Source of the DNA: an uncultured Pseudomonadota bacterium
GTDB taxonomy: Bacteria; Pseudomonadota; Alphaproteobacteria; Caulobacterales; Caulobacteraceae
Direction: 5' to 3'
DNA length: 64,000 bases
Assembly: GCA_963701905.1 (NCBI GenBank)
Contig: CAVPBP010000002.1
Span: 1,516,128 to 1,580,127 of the forward strand
The position numbers and the translations under genes are program-made. Shown here in pieces: positions 44,817 through 59,880 of the stretch (positions within the stretch are counted from its first letter, which is position 1; the number at the start of each line of letters is the position of its first letter). The notes beneath the pieces are model-generated. The model was not told the origin of the DNA. It did not search any database and saw nothing but the letters and a program-made list of their open reading frames with translations.

Positions 44817-46991
44817 TTGCTCAGACTGTTCGACCATCGGTTCGAGGAGTTCGCCGCCGACACGCATGAGAATCTGGCGGCGCGCGCCGGCATAGCCGTG
44901 GGCGCGGGCGCCGTGTCGCTCGTGGCGCTGCCGTGGCGGATCTGCGCGATGTGGGTGGTCTCGACCCTGGCGATCGAGGTCTGGGGCTGGTTCGCGACCC
45001 GGCCGCAGTTTCAACGCCGGCCGGTCACCGCCGCCGAGCAGGCCGCCTTCCTGGTCTATCTCGTCTGCATCATCGGCACGTGGTTCTACCTGGGAGCACT
45101 GCTCTGGCTGACCGGCGCGCTCGCCGGCGCCGTGGCGGGGGCGATCGTCTGGCTGAGCCTCGTCGGCTTTGCGCAGACCTTCGCTTCGCGCTCCCCGCTC
45201 GGCTTCCTGGTTTCGGGCGTGGCGCCGGCGCTCGGCGTGATGCTCGTGATGACCCTCGATCCGCGGCTCGACTGGAGCGAGCGCTGGCGGATGGGCGGCA
45301 TGATGACGCTGGCGATGGGCTTTGCGATCGCCGGCGCGCGCCAGACCTTCGCGTCCGGCCAGCGGCTCGAGGAGACACAAGCGCGTCTGCGCGAAAGCGA
45401 AGCGCAGTACCGGGCGCTGGCCGACAACACCATCGACGTGATCGGCCGCACCGGCGTCGACGGGATCTGGCGCTACATGTCGCCGTCGGTGGAGGTGGCG
45501 CTGGGCTACACCCCCGCGGAGATGTGCGCCGTCATCGGGCCCACCTTCATCTACTCCGACGACCGACCGGCGGTGCGCCAGGTGACCGCCGCGGTGCTGG
45601 CCGACGGCCGCGCCCGCACCTGCGAGTATCGGATGATCCGCAAGGACGGCCGGATGGTCTGGGTGGAGAGCAGCTTCAGCCTGGCGCGCGATCCGGTGAC
45701 GGGCGATGAGACCGAGATCGTCTGCCATGCGCGCGACGTCACCGCCCGCAAGGCGATGGAGCGCGAGCTGGTCGAGGCCCGCGAGCGCGCCGAGGCCGCC
45801 GCCGCCGCCAAGGCCGACTTCCTCGCCAACATGAGCCACGAGCTCAGGACCCCGCTCAACGCGATCATCGGCTTCTCGGGTGTGCTGAAGGACTCGCGCG
45901 AGCTCTCGGAGCGCGATGCGCGCCATGCGCAGCTGATCGGCGACGCCAGCGACACCCTGCTGCTGGTGGTCAACGACGTGCTCGACTTCTCCAAGCTGGA
46001 GTCGGGCGCCTTCGAGCTCGATCCGCAGCCGTGCGATCCGATGGCGATCGCGCTCTCGGCCACGATGCTGGTCGAGCCGCAGGCCAAAGCGCGCGGGCTG
46101 ACACTGGAAGTCATCGGCGCGGGCGGCAGCCAAAAGCTGATGGTCGACGGGCCGCGCCTGCGCCAGGTGCTGCTGAACCTCTTGTCCAACGCGCTGAAGT
46201 TCACCCCCGACGGCGGGGTCACCGTGCAGGTGGAGCAGAGCCCGGCCCCCGACGATGGGCCGGAGGGCGCGGCGGCCGGCCTGCGGCGCCTCAGGATCTC
46301 GGTCAGCGACACCGGCATCGGCATCTCCGACGACAAGCTGGAGGCGGTGTTCGAGCGCTTCAACCAGGCCGACGTCTCGGTCTCGCGGCGCTTCGGCGGC
46401 ACCGGCCTCGGCCTTGCCATCTGCAAGCGGATCGTCGGGCTGATGGGCGGCTGGATCGGCGTCGAAAGCCACAAGGACGAGGGTTCGACGTTCTGGTTCG
46501 AGATCGACCTCCCGGTGGTCGCCGCGACCGACACGTCGCCCGCCCGGGCGGCCGAATCCACGGCGATCGAGCGGCCGCTGCGGCTGCTGCTGGTCGAGGA
46601 CGTCGACGTCAACCGCGAGCTGGTGCGGGTGATGCTGGAGCCGTTCGACATCGAGATCGAGAGCGCCACCAACGGCGTCGAGGCGATCGAAGCGGTGATG
46701 CGCAGCGCCTACGACCTCGTGCTGATGGACGTGCAGATGCCGATCATGGACGGGCTGACCGCCGCCGCCCGCATCCGCGAGCTGGAAGACCCGGCGCAGC
46801 CCCGCCTGCCGATCATCGCGATGACCGCCAACGTGCTGCCGGACCAGGTGCGCCGCTGCCTCGCCGCCGGCATGGACGGCCACGTCGGCAAGCCGATCAA
46901 CCCGGCCGAGCTCCTGGAGACCATCGCCGCCTGGACCGGAGGAACCGAGGAAGCCACCGCGCGGCGCGCACTGGCTGGATCCGCGCTCTAG
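44817..46991 (+). CDS. Membrane hybrid sensor histidine kinase (TM-PAS-HisKA-HATPase-REC)
   Basis: MSHELRTPLN, NLLSNALKFT, DTGIG, GGTGLGL, LMDVQMP. Confidence 0.95.
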   Translation: MLRLFDHRFEEFAADTHENLAARAGIAVGAGAVSLVALPWRICAMWVVSTLAIEVWGWFATRPQFQRRPVTAAEQAAFLVYLVCIIGTWFYLGALLWLTGALAGAVAGAIVWLSLVGFAQTFASRSPLGFLVSGVAPALGVMLVMTLDPRLDWSERWRMGGMMTLAMGFAIAGARQTFASGQRLEETQARLRESEAQYRALADNTIDVIGRTGVDGIWRYMSPSVEVALGYTPAEMCAVIGPTFIYSDDRPAVRQVTAAVLADGRARTCEYRMIRKDGRMVWVESSFSLARDPVTGDETEIVCHARDVTARKAMERELVEARERAEAAAAAKADFLANMSHELRTPLNAIIGFSGVLKDSRELSERDARHAQLIGDASDTLLLVVNDVLDFSKLESGAFELDPQPCDPMAIALSATMLVEPQAKARGLTLEVIGAGGSQKLMVDGPRLRQVLLNLLSNALKFTPDGGVTVQVEQSPAPDDGPEGAAAGLRRLRISVSDTGIGISDDKLEAVFERFNQADVSVSRRFGGTGLGLAICKRIVGLMGGWIGVESHKDEGSTFWFEIDLPVVAATDTSPARAAESTAIERPLRLLLVEDVDVNRELVRVMLEPFDIEIESATNGVEAIEAVMRSAYDLVLMDVQMPIMDGLTAAARIRELEDPAQPRLPIIAMTANVLPDQVRRCLAAGMDGHVGKPINPAELLETIAAWTGGTEEATARRALAGSAL

Positions 46992-47701
46992 GCGCCGCCT
47001 GCGGGGTGGGTCGTCGCGAAGATGGTCGACGCCAGGTCGGCGACACCAGTGCTGATGATCTGGATCCCGACGCAGAGCAGGATGAACGCGGTCAACCGGG
47101 CGACGATCTTCGCGCCGCGCGCCCCGAGCAGCGCGATCACGTGGTCCGACCAGGCGTACGACACCCAGACCAGACCCGCGATCGCCAGCGCGGCGGCGCT
47201 CGTGCCGGCCAGGTAGGCGACGCGTCCGACCTCGTCGTTGGGCTGCTGCGAGGCCAGCGCGATCGAGATGGCGATCGTGCCGGATCCCGCGGTGAGCGGC
47301 ATGGTCAGCGGGAAAAACGCCACGTCTTCCGGGTCGCCGTGCTGGGGCGCCGCGTCGGCGGCTTTGCGATCCTCATGCCGCTCGGGCTCCATCAAGAGGC
47401 CCCAGGCGGCGGCGATCACCACCAGGCCGCCCGCGATCCGCAGGGCGCCGACGCTGATGCCGAAGAAGGCCAGCACATAGGCGCCGATCAGGATCGACCC
47501 GACCAGCAGGCACGCGGTGTAGATCGATATCCTGCGGGCGAGATAGCGCCGCTCCGAATGCGGGCGGTCCTGCGTCACCTCTCGGAAGATCAGCGCCGAG
47601 CCGAGCGGATTGACGATCGAGAACAGCGTCGGAAAGGCCAGGAGGAAGGCTGTCAGGAACGTCTTCAGCGGCAGCTGCGTCGGAGGCGTCAAAGCGGGCA
47701 A
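46988..47701 (-). CDS. MarC/NAAT family membrane protein
   Basis: LFSIVNPLG, FFGIS..ALRIAGG, FFPLTMPLTAG.GTI. Confidence 0.92.
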   Translation of the reverse strand: MPALTPPTQLPLKTFLTAFLLAFPTLFSIVNPLGSALIFREVTQDRPHSERRYLARRISIYTACLLVGSILIGAYVLAFFGISVGALRIAGGLVVIAAAWGLLMEPERHEDRKAADAAPQHGDPEDVAFFPLTMPLTAGSGTIAISIALASQQPNDEVGRVAYLAGTSAAALAIAGLVWVSYAWSDHVIALLGARGAKIVARLTAFILLCVGIQIISTGVADLASTIFATTHPAGGA

Positions 47702-47826
47702 TCCTGAGCGGACGCGCCGCGCGGGGTCATGACCCCCCCGTATGGGGGTTGTGACCGAGCGCGTCTAGTTCGCACAGACACCACGACGGTGGGCTAAAGT
47801 CGCCACGCCGCTAGCCAGGATCCGCC

Positions 47827-49212
47827 ATGCCCTTGCACCACGCCGACCGCCACACCGCCGGAAAGCACGACGACATCTACGCCCTCGCCCCGTCCGATCG
47901 GCGGCTGTCGAAGTACCGCATCCCGGACGAGCCCGCCGATCCCTCGTCCGTCTACAACCTGATCCGCGACGAGCTGCTGCTGGACGGCAACTCCCGCCAG
48001 AACCTCGCCACCTTCTGCACCACCTGGGCCGAGCCCCAGGTGCTCGACCTGCTGGCCGACGCGTTCGACAAGAACATCGTCGACAAGGACGAGTACCCGC
48101 AGAGCGCCGAGATCGAGAGCCGCTGCGTCCACATGATCGCCGATCTGTGGCACGCGCCGCGGTCATGGACGACGGTGGGCTGCTCCACCACCGGCTCCAG
48201 CGAGGCGGCGATGCTGGGCGGCCTCGCCCTGAAATGGCGCTGGCGCAAGGCGCGGCAGGCCAAGGGTCTGCCGACCGACCGCCCCAACCTGGTGTGTGGG
48301 CCGGTGCAGGTGTGCTGGGAGAAGTTCGCCCGGTACTTCGACGTCGAGCTGCGCCAGGTCCCGCTGGAGGGCCAGGCCACGATGCTGCGCCCGCAGGACC
48401 TGAACAAATACTGCGACGAGAACACCATCGGCGTGGTGGCGACGCTCGGGGTCACGTTCACCGGCGCCTACGAGCCGGTCGCCGCCATGGCGCGGGCTCT
48501 CGACCAGATCGAGCGCACGAAGGGCTTCGACATTCCGATCCATGTGGACGGCGCCAGCGGCGGCTTCGTCGCGCCCTTCATCCAGCCCGAGCTGGAGTGG
48601 GACTTCCAGATCGAGCGGGTGAAGTCGATCAACGCGTCGGGCCACAAGTTCGGCCTCGCCCCGCTGGGTGTCGGCTGGATCGTCTGGCGGGCGAAGGAGG
48701 ATCTGCCCGAGGAGCTGATCTTCAACGTCGACTATCTCGGCGGCAACATGCCGACATTCGCCCTGAACTTCAGCCGGCCGGGCGGCGAGATCATCGCCCA
48801 GTACTACAACTTCCTGCGGCTCGGTCGCGGCGGTTACGCGCGCATCCACCAGGCCTGCGCCGACACCGCGCGCTGGCTGGCCGGCGAGCTGGCGAAGCTG
48901 GGCCCGCTGAAGATCATCTACAACGGCGACGGCGCGCTGCCCTGCGTCTGCTACCAGCTGACACCCGGCGTCGAGCACGGCTTCACGCTCTATGACCTCT
49001 CCGACCGGGTGCGCATCCGCGGCTGGCAGATCGCGTCATACCCGCTGCCGGCCAACCGTCAGGACACGGTGGTGCAGCGCATTCTGGTGCGTCACGGCGT
49101 CAGCCGCGACCTGGCGTATCTGTTGCTCGAGGAGATCAAGCGCTCGCTGGACCACCTGCGCGCCAACCCCATCCCGAAGCCCTCGTCCGGACCGAGCTTC
49201 AGCCACAACTGA
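47827..49212 (+). CDS. gadB: Glutamate decarboxylase (PLP-dependent)
   Basis: [36 protein letters not shown] (PLP Lys), FALNFSRP. Confidence 0.95.
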   Translation: MPLHHADRHTAGKHDDIYALAPSDRRLSKYRIPDEPADPSSVYNLIRDELLLDGNSRQNLATFCTTWAEPQVLDLLADAFDKNIVDKDEYPQSAEIESRCVHMIADLWHAPRSWTTVGCSTTGSSEAAMLGGLALKWRWRKARQAKGLPTDRPNLVCGPVQVCWEKFARYFDVELRQVPLEGQATMLRPQDLNKYCDENTIGVVATLGVTFTGAYEPVAAMARALDQIERTKGFDIPIHVDGASGGFVAPFIQPELEWDFQIERVKSINASGHKFGLAPLGVGWIVWRAKEDLPEELIFNVDYLGGNMPTFALNFSRPGGEIIAQYYNFLRLGRGGYARIHQACADTARWLAGELAKLGPLKIIYNGDGALPCVCYQLTPGVEHGFTLYDLSDRVRIRGWQIASYPLPANRQDTVVQRILVRHGVSRDLAYLLLEEIKRSLDHLRANPIPKPSSGPSFSHN

Positions 49213-49229
49213 CGAAACGGCCTGGTCCG

Positions 49230-49622
49230 TCAGCGCGTCTGCGTGAAGGAGCCGCTGCCGGGCGCCGGCGGCGCAATCATGCTGCCCCGGATCAGCCGGC
49301 TGTTGACGTAGGTCCCGTTGAACTGGGTGTCGCCGGAGACGCCGTCGGGCCGGGTTGCGACGTGGCTCCAGGTCCACGACACCCTCGTGCCGGCGATTGC
49401 GCCCGAGAGAGGACCACGCGCGGCCGGTCCGACACAGATGCCGCTGAGCCTGCCGCCAACCTGGCGGAACGTGCAGGTCGGCGTGGCGGACGCCCACACT
49501 GCGCCGTAGTGGGCGCGGCCATTCACATGCCAGACGCCGGAAATGTTCGGGGTCTGCGCGCTCGCGGCGCCCGCCGCGGCCAACGCAACCCCCACGCAAG
49601 CCACTGCGATCAAACCACGCAT
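49230..49622 (-). CDS. Small secreted beta-barrel-like protein, function unknown
   Basis: GGAGG RBS; signal ending ASA; ISGVW; CTFRQ.G..LSG.C. Confidence 0.75.
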   Translation of the reverse strand: MRGLIAVACVGVALAAAGAASAQTPNISGVWHVNGRAHYGAVWASATPTCTFRQVGGRLSGICVGPAARGPLSGAIAGTRVSWTWSHVATRPDGVSGDTQFNGTYVNSRLIRGSMIAPPAPGSGSFTQTR

Positions 49623-49721
49623 TTGGAGCCTCCCCCCTGAACGGCGAAGGTTAACAGCCGCCCGCGGCCCTATCCAGCCGCCGGGCGCGTCGGCCTTACG
49701 GGCGCCGAGGCTCCCGGCCGG

Positions 49722-49988
49722 TCAGCTCTGCACGACGACCAGCGCGCTCGTCTCGATGTCGCCGCCGACCACCTTGACGCCCAGGTAGCGCATCTCGTCG
49801 CCCTTGAAGCTGATGTCGTCGGCGGCGATCTCGCGGTCGCGTTTCAGCCGCGACATGTCGCCGAGCGTCAGGCGAAGCAACAGCGCCGAGGGATCGATGC
49901 CGTCGAGCCGCGCCTGCTCGATCGCCGCCTTGAACTTCTTGCCGGGGGCCGGCGGCGGGGTGATCGGAGGCGGACGCGGGGCGGCCAT
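49722..49988 (-). CDS. Small hypothetical protein (88 aa)
   Basis: AGGA RBS; host-like codon usage; LRLTLGD...LKRD...ISF...MRYLGVKV. Confidence 0.7.
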   Translation of the reverse strand: MAAPRPPPITPPPAPGKKFKAAIEQARLDGIDPSALLLRLTLGDMSRLKRDREIAADDISFKGDEMRYLGVKVVGGDIETSALVVVQS

Positions 49989-50083
49989 GGGTGTTCCTGG
50001 GCTGGGCGGCGAGCGGCGGGCGCGACATCGCGCGAGGATCGCAGCTGCGGGAACGTATCACGCGCGTCACACTTTTGCCGGCG

Positions 50084-51334
50084 CTATTTTCCGGCCACTG
50101 CCGAAGCCACCGCGCCGCGCGCCATCACGAAGCGCACCCGCTCCAGCTCGGTGACGTCGGCCAGCGGATCGCCGGCCACCGCGATGATGTCGGCCGACTT
50201 GCCGGGCGCGATGGTCCCGACGGTGTCGGAGATGTCGAGCAGCGCCGCGGCGGTCACCGTGGCCGCCTTGATGGCGTCGGCGGCCGACATGCCGGCTTCC
50301 ACCATCAGCGCGAACTCGCGGGCGTTCTCGCCGTGCGGGCCGACGCCCATGTCGGTGCCGAAGGCGATCGGCACGCCGGCGCGGTAGGTGCGCCCCAGCG
50401 CCTCGCGGATGTGCTCGCCGACCACCAGCGCCTTCTCGCGCTGCGCCGGCTCCAGCACCACGCCGCCCTGCGCCATGCCGAGCACCGTGGCGCCGGCGAT
50501 CAGCGTCGGCACGTGGAAGGCGCGGTGCTTCAGGAAGAGCGCGATCGAGGTCTCGTCGAGGAAGCTGCCGTGCTCGATCGAGTCCACCCCGGCGGCCAGC
50601 GCCGCGTTGATGCCCGCCAGGCCGTGCGCGTGGGCCGAGACGCGGCGGCCCAGCATGTGGGCGGTCTCGATGATGGTGGTGAGCTCGTCGGTGGTGAACT
50701 GCTGGTCGACGCCGGCGCGGATGTTGGAGAGCACCCCGCCGGTGGCGGCGAACTTGATCGCGTCCGCCCCCTGCGCCACCTGCAGGCGCACCGCGCGCCG
50801 GCAGCCGTCGACCCCGTCGCAGACCCCGGCGTTGGACTGCACGCACAGGCACACGTCCTGCCGAAAGCCGTAGGTCTGGCCGTGGCCGCCGGTGGGCGAC
50901 AGGATGGCGCCGACGCAAAGGATGCGGGGGCCGGGCACCTTGCCCTCCGCCACCGCCTCGCGCAGCGCATAGATGATCTCCGGCTTGCGCGCGCCGAGGT
51001 CGCGCACCGTGGTGAAGCCTGCGCTGAGCGTCAGCCCCGCCCGGTACGCCCCGTCCAGCCCCACCTTCGGATCGGAGTCCTCGACGAACCGCAGCCGCTG
51101 CCCCGGCCCGAGCTGGCCGGTGAGGTGCACATGGCAGTCGATCAGCCCCGGCAGCACGAAGCTGTCCCGCAGATCGATCACCCGCGCCCCCGGCGGCGGA
51201 TCGACGAACCCCGCGGCGACCTGCACGATCCGCCCATCCTCGATGCGGATGCTCTGCTGGCGCGTGGGCGCCTGCCCCGGCTCGGCCAGCAGCCGCCCCG
51301 CGTGGATGACGATCTCGCCTGCCTTGGTCGCCAT
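50084..51334 (-). CDS. Amidohydrolase family protein (Xaa-Pro dipeptidase-like)
   Basis: [39 protein letters not shown]. Confidence 0.92.
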   Translation of the reverse strand: MATKAGEIVIHAGRLLAEPGQAPTRQQSIRIEDGRIVQVAAGFVDPPPGARVIDLRDSFVLPGLIDCHVHLTGQLGPGQRLRFVEDSDPKVGLDGAYRAGLTLSAGFTTVRDLGARKPEIIYALREAVAEGKVPGPRILCVGAILSPTGGHGQTYGFRQDVCLCVQSNAGVCDGVDGCRRAVRLQVAQGADAIKFAATGGVLSNIRAGVDQQFTTDELTTIIETAHMLGRRVSAHAHGLAGINAALAAGVDSIEHGSFLDETSIALFLKHRAFHVPTLIAGATVLGMAQGGVVLEPAQREKALVVGEHIREALGRTYRAGVPIAFGTDMGVGPHGENAREFALMVEAGMSAADAIKAATVTAAALLDISDTVGTIAPGKSADIIAVAGDPLADVTELERVRFVMARGAVASAVAGK

Positions 51335-51542
51335 GTCGCCGCACCTCGCTGCCCGCCCGTGGACACCTGATGCGGCGGCGCAAAGGCAGTTTCAACCACC
51401 AACCGCACAGGCGGCCTCATGGGTGGGAAAGACCCGCCCTTGCGCCGCCCTTCCCGCGTCTGTAAGCGACCCGCTTGACCTGCAGATTGGCCGACTCCGG
51501 GCGCGTTTCTCGCGCGCCGCCCGCGAGCTTGCGCGAGAGAAG

Positions 51543-54844
<3,302 letters not shown>

Positions 54845-54922
54845 GTGGCTGGACCGAGCATTGCCGGCCCGGCGCGGGCCGCCACGATACCGCGGCGTAA
54901 GCGTGGCGTTCGGGGAGACGTG

Positions 54923-56738
54923 ATGGGCGGCTGGCGTTGGGCGGCGCGCGCAGCGGCGGCGGCGGCGATCTTGCTCTCAGGCGCCGCGCAAGGCGGCGCC
55001 GCTGCCGGCGGCGAATGCCGAGCTCGCGCAGATCGTGGAGCGCTACATCGCCTGGCGCGGCGGGGCGGCCTTCCGCGCCGACGTGAAGACCATCCACCAG
55101 ACCGCCGACGTGCAGCTCTACGGCCTCGTCGGCAAGCTGGAGACCTGGCAGACCGACGACCACTGGCGCGAGGCGTTCCACGCGCCCGGCATGTCGATGG
55201 TGGCGGTCATCACCGCCCACGGCTCGTGGGTCACCAACTTCAACGGCCAGGTCCAGGCGACGCCGGACGCCTACAAGTACGCCAAGCGCGATCCTCTGAG
55301 CGCCAAGGCGCTGGAGGGCAAGGACCACGACACCGTCTCGCTGGTCGGCGACGAGTTGCTTGACGGCCGCGCCTGGAAGGTGGTGCGGGTGAGCTACGGC
55401 GACGCCGACACCTACGACGCCCTGATCGACCCGGCGACCGGCGAGCTCGGCGCGACACGCACTGTGCAGAAGGGCCAGCAGACCTTCGACCAGCCTAGCG
55501 ACTGGCGCTGGGTGAAGGGCGTGCGCCAGCCGTTCGTCACCCAAGAGGTGTCGCCGGCCGGCGACAAGCGGGTCGAGACGGTGACGTCGATCGAGGTCGG
55601 CGGGCGGATCGACGGCGCGCTGTTCGCGCAGCCGCAACCGGCGGGTCGCCTCGCCTACGCGGCGGGCCGCGACTCGACCGACTGGATCGCGTTCACCGGC
55701 CTCGACGAGGGCCGCATCTTCGTGCCGGTGTCGATCAACGGCCACGCGGCCACGGCGATTTTCGACTCCGGCGCCAACGCGGCGATGCTCGACAACAGCT
55801 TTGCGCAGAGCGTCGCGCTAAAGCCGATCGGCGCGCTGCCGCTGGGCGGCGAGAACGCCGTCGGGTCGGGCGCCATGATACCCGGCGTCGACATCGCCAT
55901 GGGCGGCGCGACGCTGAAGGGCGCCACGGTGGCGGCGAGCGATCTGCGCTCGCTGGGCGTGACCCAGCAGCTCCTCATCGGCGACATCATCCTGAACGGC
56001 GCGGTGCTTGACATCGACTTTCCGAACCGGCGCCTGGCGTTGCGCGACCCGGACAAATTCCGCCCGCCGGCCGGGGCGATCGTCGTGCCGCTGGTGGTGG
56101 ACGCGGGCATCGACCTGGCGCCGGTTTCCGTCGACGGCGGCCCCACGGTGCTCGTCGTGGTCGACACCGGGCTGCCGATGGCGATGCGCATCTCGCCGCA
56201 GCTCGCCAAGGCGCAGCACCTGCTGGCCGGTGCGCCGTCGATCAGCGTCACCGCCGGCGGGATCGGCGGTTCGGCGCCCGGCCAGATCGCCAGCCTTAAG
56301 CGCGTCAGCCTCGGCGGCGTCAGCTTTACCAACGTGCCGGTGGTGTTCTCCGACGCCTGGCCAAGCGCCACCTACACCGACCGGGTGCAGGGCCTGCTCG
56401 GCGTCGCCCTGCTCAGCCGCTTCCGGGTGATCTTCGACTGGTCGCGCGGGCGCCTCTACCTGATCCCCACGCCCGACGCGACGACAGCGCCGTTCGCGAG
56501 GGACCGGCTCGGCCTGGTCTGGACGCCGGACGGCGCAGCGATGCGCATCGTCAGCGTCTACCCCGACAGTCCCGCAGCCCGCGCCGGCCTGAAGGCGGGC
56601 GAGGTGATCGACACGGTCAACGGCAAGCCCGCCGTCAGCGCCAGCGGCGCCGGCGCCTGGCCGCCCGGGACCCAGGTGACGCTGAGCGTGCACGCGCCAG
56701 CGCAAACCGCCATGCTGACCCTGGCGGACTATTACTAG
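54923..56738 (+). CDS. Secreted aspartyl protease with two retropepsin-like domains and a PDZ domain; frameshift near the 5' end
   Basis: FDSGA and VDTGL motifs, GLLG flap, SPAARAGLKAGEVI..VNG PDZ. Confidence 0.85.
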
Positions 56739-56817
56739 GCCGAGGGCTACCAAGTCGGCGGCTTGACGCGTAGCTCTCTTATGGCACGGACAATGCCGCA
56801 AGATTGAGGACCAGACC

Positions 56818-59087
56818 ATGACCCAGCAGACGCCGTCCGGCGAGCCGTTCGAGGGCAGGATCGGCCGCACCATCGCCGAGTCCACGCCATGGTGGCCGGC
56901 GCCGCGCCTGAAGGCCGGCGCGCCGGACGTGGTGCTGGTGGTGCTGGACGACACCGGCTTCGCCCACCTCGGCTGCTACGGCTCGACGCATCGAGACGCC
57001 GAACATCGACGCGCTGGCGGCTGGCGGCGCGCGCTTCACCGGCTTCCACACCACCGCGCTCTGTTCGCCGACCCGCGCCTGCCTGCTTGACCGGGCGCAA
57101 TCACCACGCAGTCGGCATGCGGGCGATCTCCAACTTCGACACCGGCTTTCCGAACATGCGCGGCGCGCTGCCGAAGTCGGCCGCGACGCTGCCGGAGATC
57201 CTGCGCGAGAACGGCTATGCCACCTTCGCCGCCGGCAAGTGGCACCTCGCGCCGATGGCCGAGTGCACGGCCGCCGGCCCGTTCGCCAACTGGCCGCTGC
57301 AGAAGGGCTTCGACCGCTACTACGGCTTCCTGCAGGGCGAGACCGACCAGTTCCACCCGGAGCTGACCAGCGACAACCACTTCGTCGATCCGCCGGCGAC
57401 GGCCGAAGAGGGCTATCACGTGTCGGAGGACATCGTGGACCGGTCGATGGCCATGGTGCGCGACGTGACCTCGCTGGTGCCCGAGCGGCCGTTCTTCCTC
57501 TACCTGGCGTTCGGCGCGATGCACTCGCCGCACCAGGCGCCGCAGAGCTACCTGGAGAAGTACCGCGGCCGTTTCGATCAGCCGGCTGGGACGTGACGCG
57601 CGAGGCCTGGTTCGCGCGGCAGCTGGCAAATGGGCATCGTACCGCCAGGAACGCGGCTGGCGCCCCGCAATCCCGGCGTCCGTCCGTGGTCGGAGCTTTC
57701 GGCGAACGAGCAGGCGTTCGCGGCGCGGCTGCAGGAAGCCTTCGCGGCGATGCTGGACCACACCGACGCGCAGGTAGGCCGGCTGGTCGAGTTCCTCAAA
57801 TCGATCGGCCGCTTCGAGAACACCATCTTCGTGCTGCTCTCCGACAACGGCGCCAGCCAGGAGGGCGGCGCTTCGGGCGTGCTCGACGAGATGAAGTGGT
57901 TCAACGGCATGCGCGAGAACCCCGACGAGGCGGTCAAGCGCCTGGACGACATCGGCGGGCCGGCGAGCCACTCCAACATCCCTTGGGGCTGGGCGCAGGC
58001 CGGCAACACGCCGCTGAAGTGGTACAAGCAGAACACCCACGGCGGCGGCGTGCGCGACCCGCTGATCGTCAGCTGGCCGGCCGGGCTGCGGGCCGCCGGC
58101 CAGCTGCGCCGCCAGTTCTGCCACGCCATCGACATCGCCCCGACCCTCCTCGGCGCCGTCGGCATTGCGCCGCCGGCCGAGGTGAACGGCGCGCCGCAGA
58201 TGCCGCTGCATGGCGTTAGCCTGGCGCCGGCGCTGGATGATCCGGCCGCGGCCATCGAGCGCGGGCCACAGTACTTCGAAATGCTGGGCCACCGCGGCAT
58301 CGTGGCGGACGGCTGGAAGGCGGTGACCCACCACGCGGCCGGCCAGCCGTTCGACGACGACGCCTGGGAGCTCTACCGGCTCGCCGAGGATTTCTCGGAG
58401 TACGAGGACCTCGCCGCCGCCAACCCGCAGAAGCTGGCCGAGCTCGCCGAACTCTGGTGGGCGGAGGCCGAGCGCCACGGGGTGCTGCCGCTCGACGACC
58501 GACCGGCGTTCGCGCTCTTCCGCGCCGCCATGCGGCCCGGCATGCCGACCACCCGCACGCGCTTCGTCTACCACCCGCCGCTCAGCCACATCGTCGCCGA
58601 CGGCTGCCCGACCGCGGCCCGCGGCTGGACGACCACGGTGGACCTCGACCACCCCGAGTACGGCGGCGACGGCGCGCTGATCGCCCGTGGCAGCCGCAAC
58701 AGCGGCTACGCGCTCTATGTGAAGGATGGCCGCGCGGTCTTCGACTACAACGCCTTCCACGTTCACACCCGGCTGGTCTCCGACGCGCGGCTGCCGCCCG
58801 GCCCCTGCCGGATCGAGCTGGCGGTGACCCGCATCGATGGCAGCGGCGCCACCGCAACGCTCAGCATCGACGGTCGTGCGGCGGGCGAGGCGACGATCCC
58901 GCGCCTGCTCTTCATCATCTCCTCGACCGGCATGGACTTCGGCCGCTCGCTCGCCCCGGTGAACGACGACTACGAGGCCCCGTTCGCCTATCCCGGCCGC
59001 ATCCGCGAGGTGGTGTTCGAGGTCCCGGCCGCGACCCCTCCAGGCGAGGTGCGCGCCACCGTGCGCGCGGAGATGGTGCGGCAGTAG
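56818..59087 (+). CDS. Arylsulfatase; several frameshifts
   Basis: VLDDTGF, CSPTR formylglycine motif, GKWHL, SDNG, HGGGVRDP. Confidence 0.92.
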
Positions 59088-59132
59088 GCGGCGTCCGCTA
59101 GGCTTGAAGGACGCCGTCTCGAAAGGAACGCC

Positions 59133-59861
59133 ATGTCCGTCCGCACTGATGAAGTCGCCGATGGCGTCTTTCGGCTGTCGACCCTGGTGCCCGAAGTCGC
59201 CGCACCGGCCGGCTTCACCTTCAACCAGTACCTTCTGCGCGCCGACGATCCGCTGCTGTTCCACACCGGCCCCCGGCACATGTTCGGCGACATTTCCGAG
59301 GCCGCATCACGTCTCGTCCCGCTGGCAAGCCTGCGCTGGATCTCGTTCGGGCACGTGGAGTCCGACGAGTGCGGGTCGATGAACCAGTGGCTCGCGGCCG
59401 CGCCCGAGGCGCAGGTGGCGCACGGCTCCACCGCCTGCATGGTCTCGCTGAACGACCTCGCCGACCGCCCGCCGCGCCTGCTGGCCGACGGCGAGGTGAT
59501 CGAGCTCGGCGGCAAGCGGGTGCGCTGGATCGACACCCCGCACGTGCCGCACGCCTGGGAATCGGGGCTGATGTTCGAGGAAGTCACCGGCACGCTGCTC
59601 ACGGGCGACCTCTTCACCGCGGCCGGCGATGGGCCGGCGCTGACGCGCGACAGCATCGTCGAGGCCGCCGCGCGGACCGAAGAGATGTTCAAGGCCAGCG
59701 CGCTGACGCCGCAACTGGCGCCGACCATCCGTCGCTTGGCGGCGCTGCAGCCGAAGACGCTCGCGGTAATGCACGGCTCCTGCTTCGCCGGCGACTGCGC
59801 CGGCCAGCTGAACGGCCTCGCCGACTACTACGAGACCGCCTTCGTCGCGGCGCAGGCCTAG
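59133..59861 (+). CDS. MBL-fold di-iron protein (FprA/ODP-like, no flavodoxin domain)
   Basis: FNQYL, HVESDECG, TPHVPHAWE, TGDLF, MHG. Confidence 0.82.
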   Translation: MSVRTDEVADGVFRLSTLVPEVAAPAGFTFNQYLLRADDPLLFHTGPRHMFGDISEAASRLVPLASLRWISFGHVESDECGSMNQWLAAAPEAQVAHGSTACMVSLNDLADRPPRLLADGEVIELGGKRVRWIDTPHVPHAWESGLMFEEVTGTLLTGDLFTAAGDGPALTRDSIVEAAARTEEMFKASALTPQLAPTIRRLAALQPKTLAVMHGSCFAGDCAGQLNGLADYYETAFVAAQA

Positions 59862-59880
59862 ATCCGAGAGGAATTGTTCG

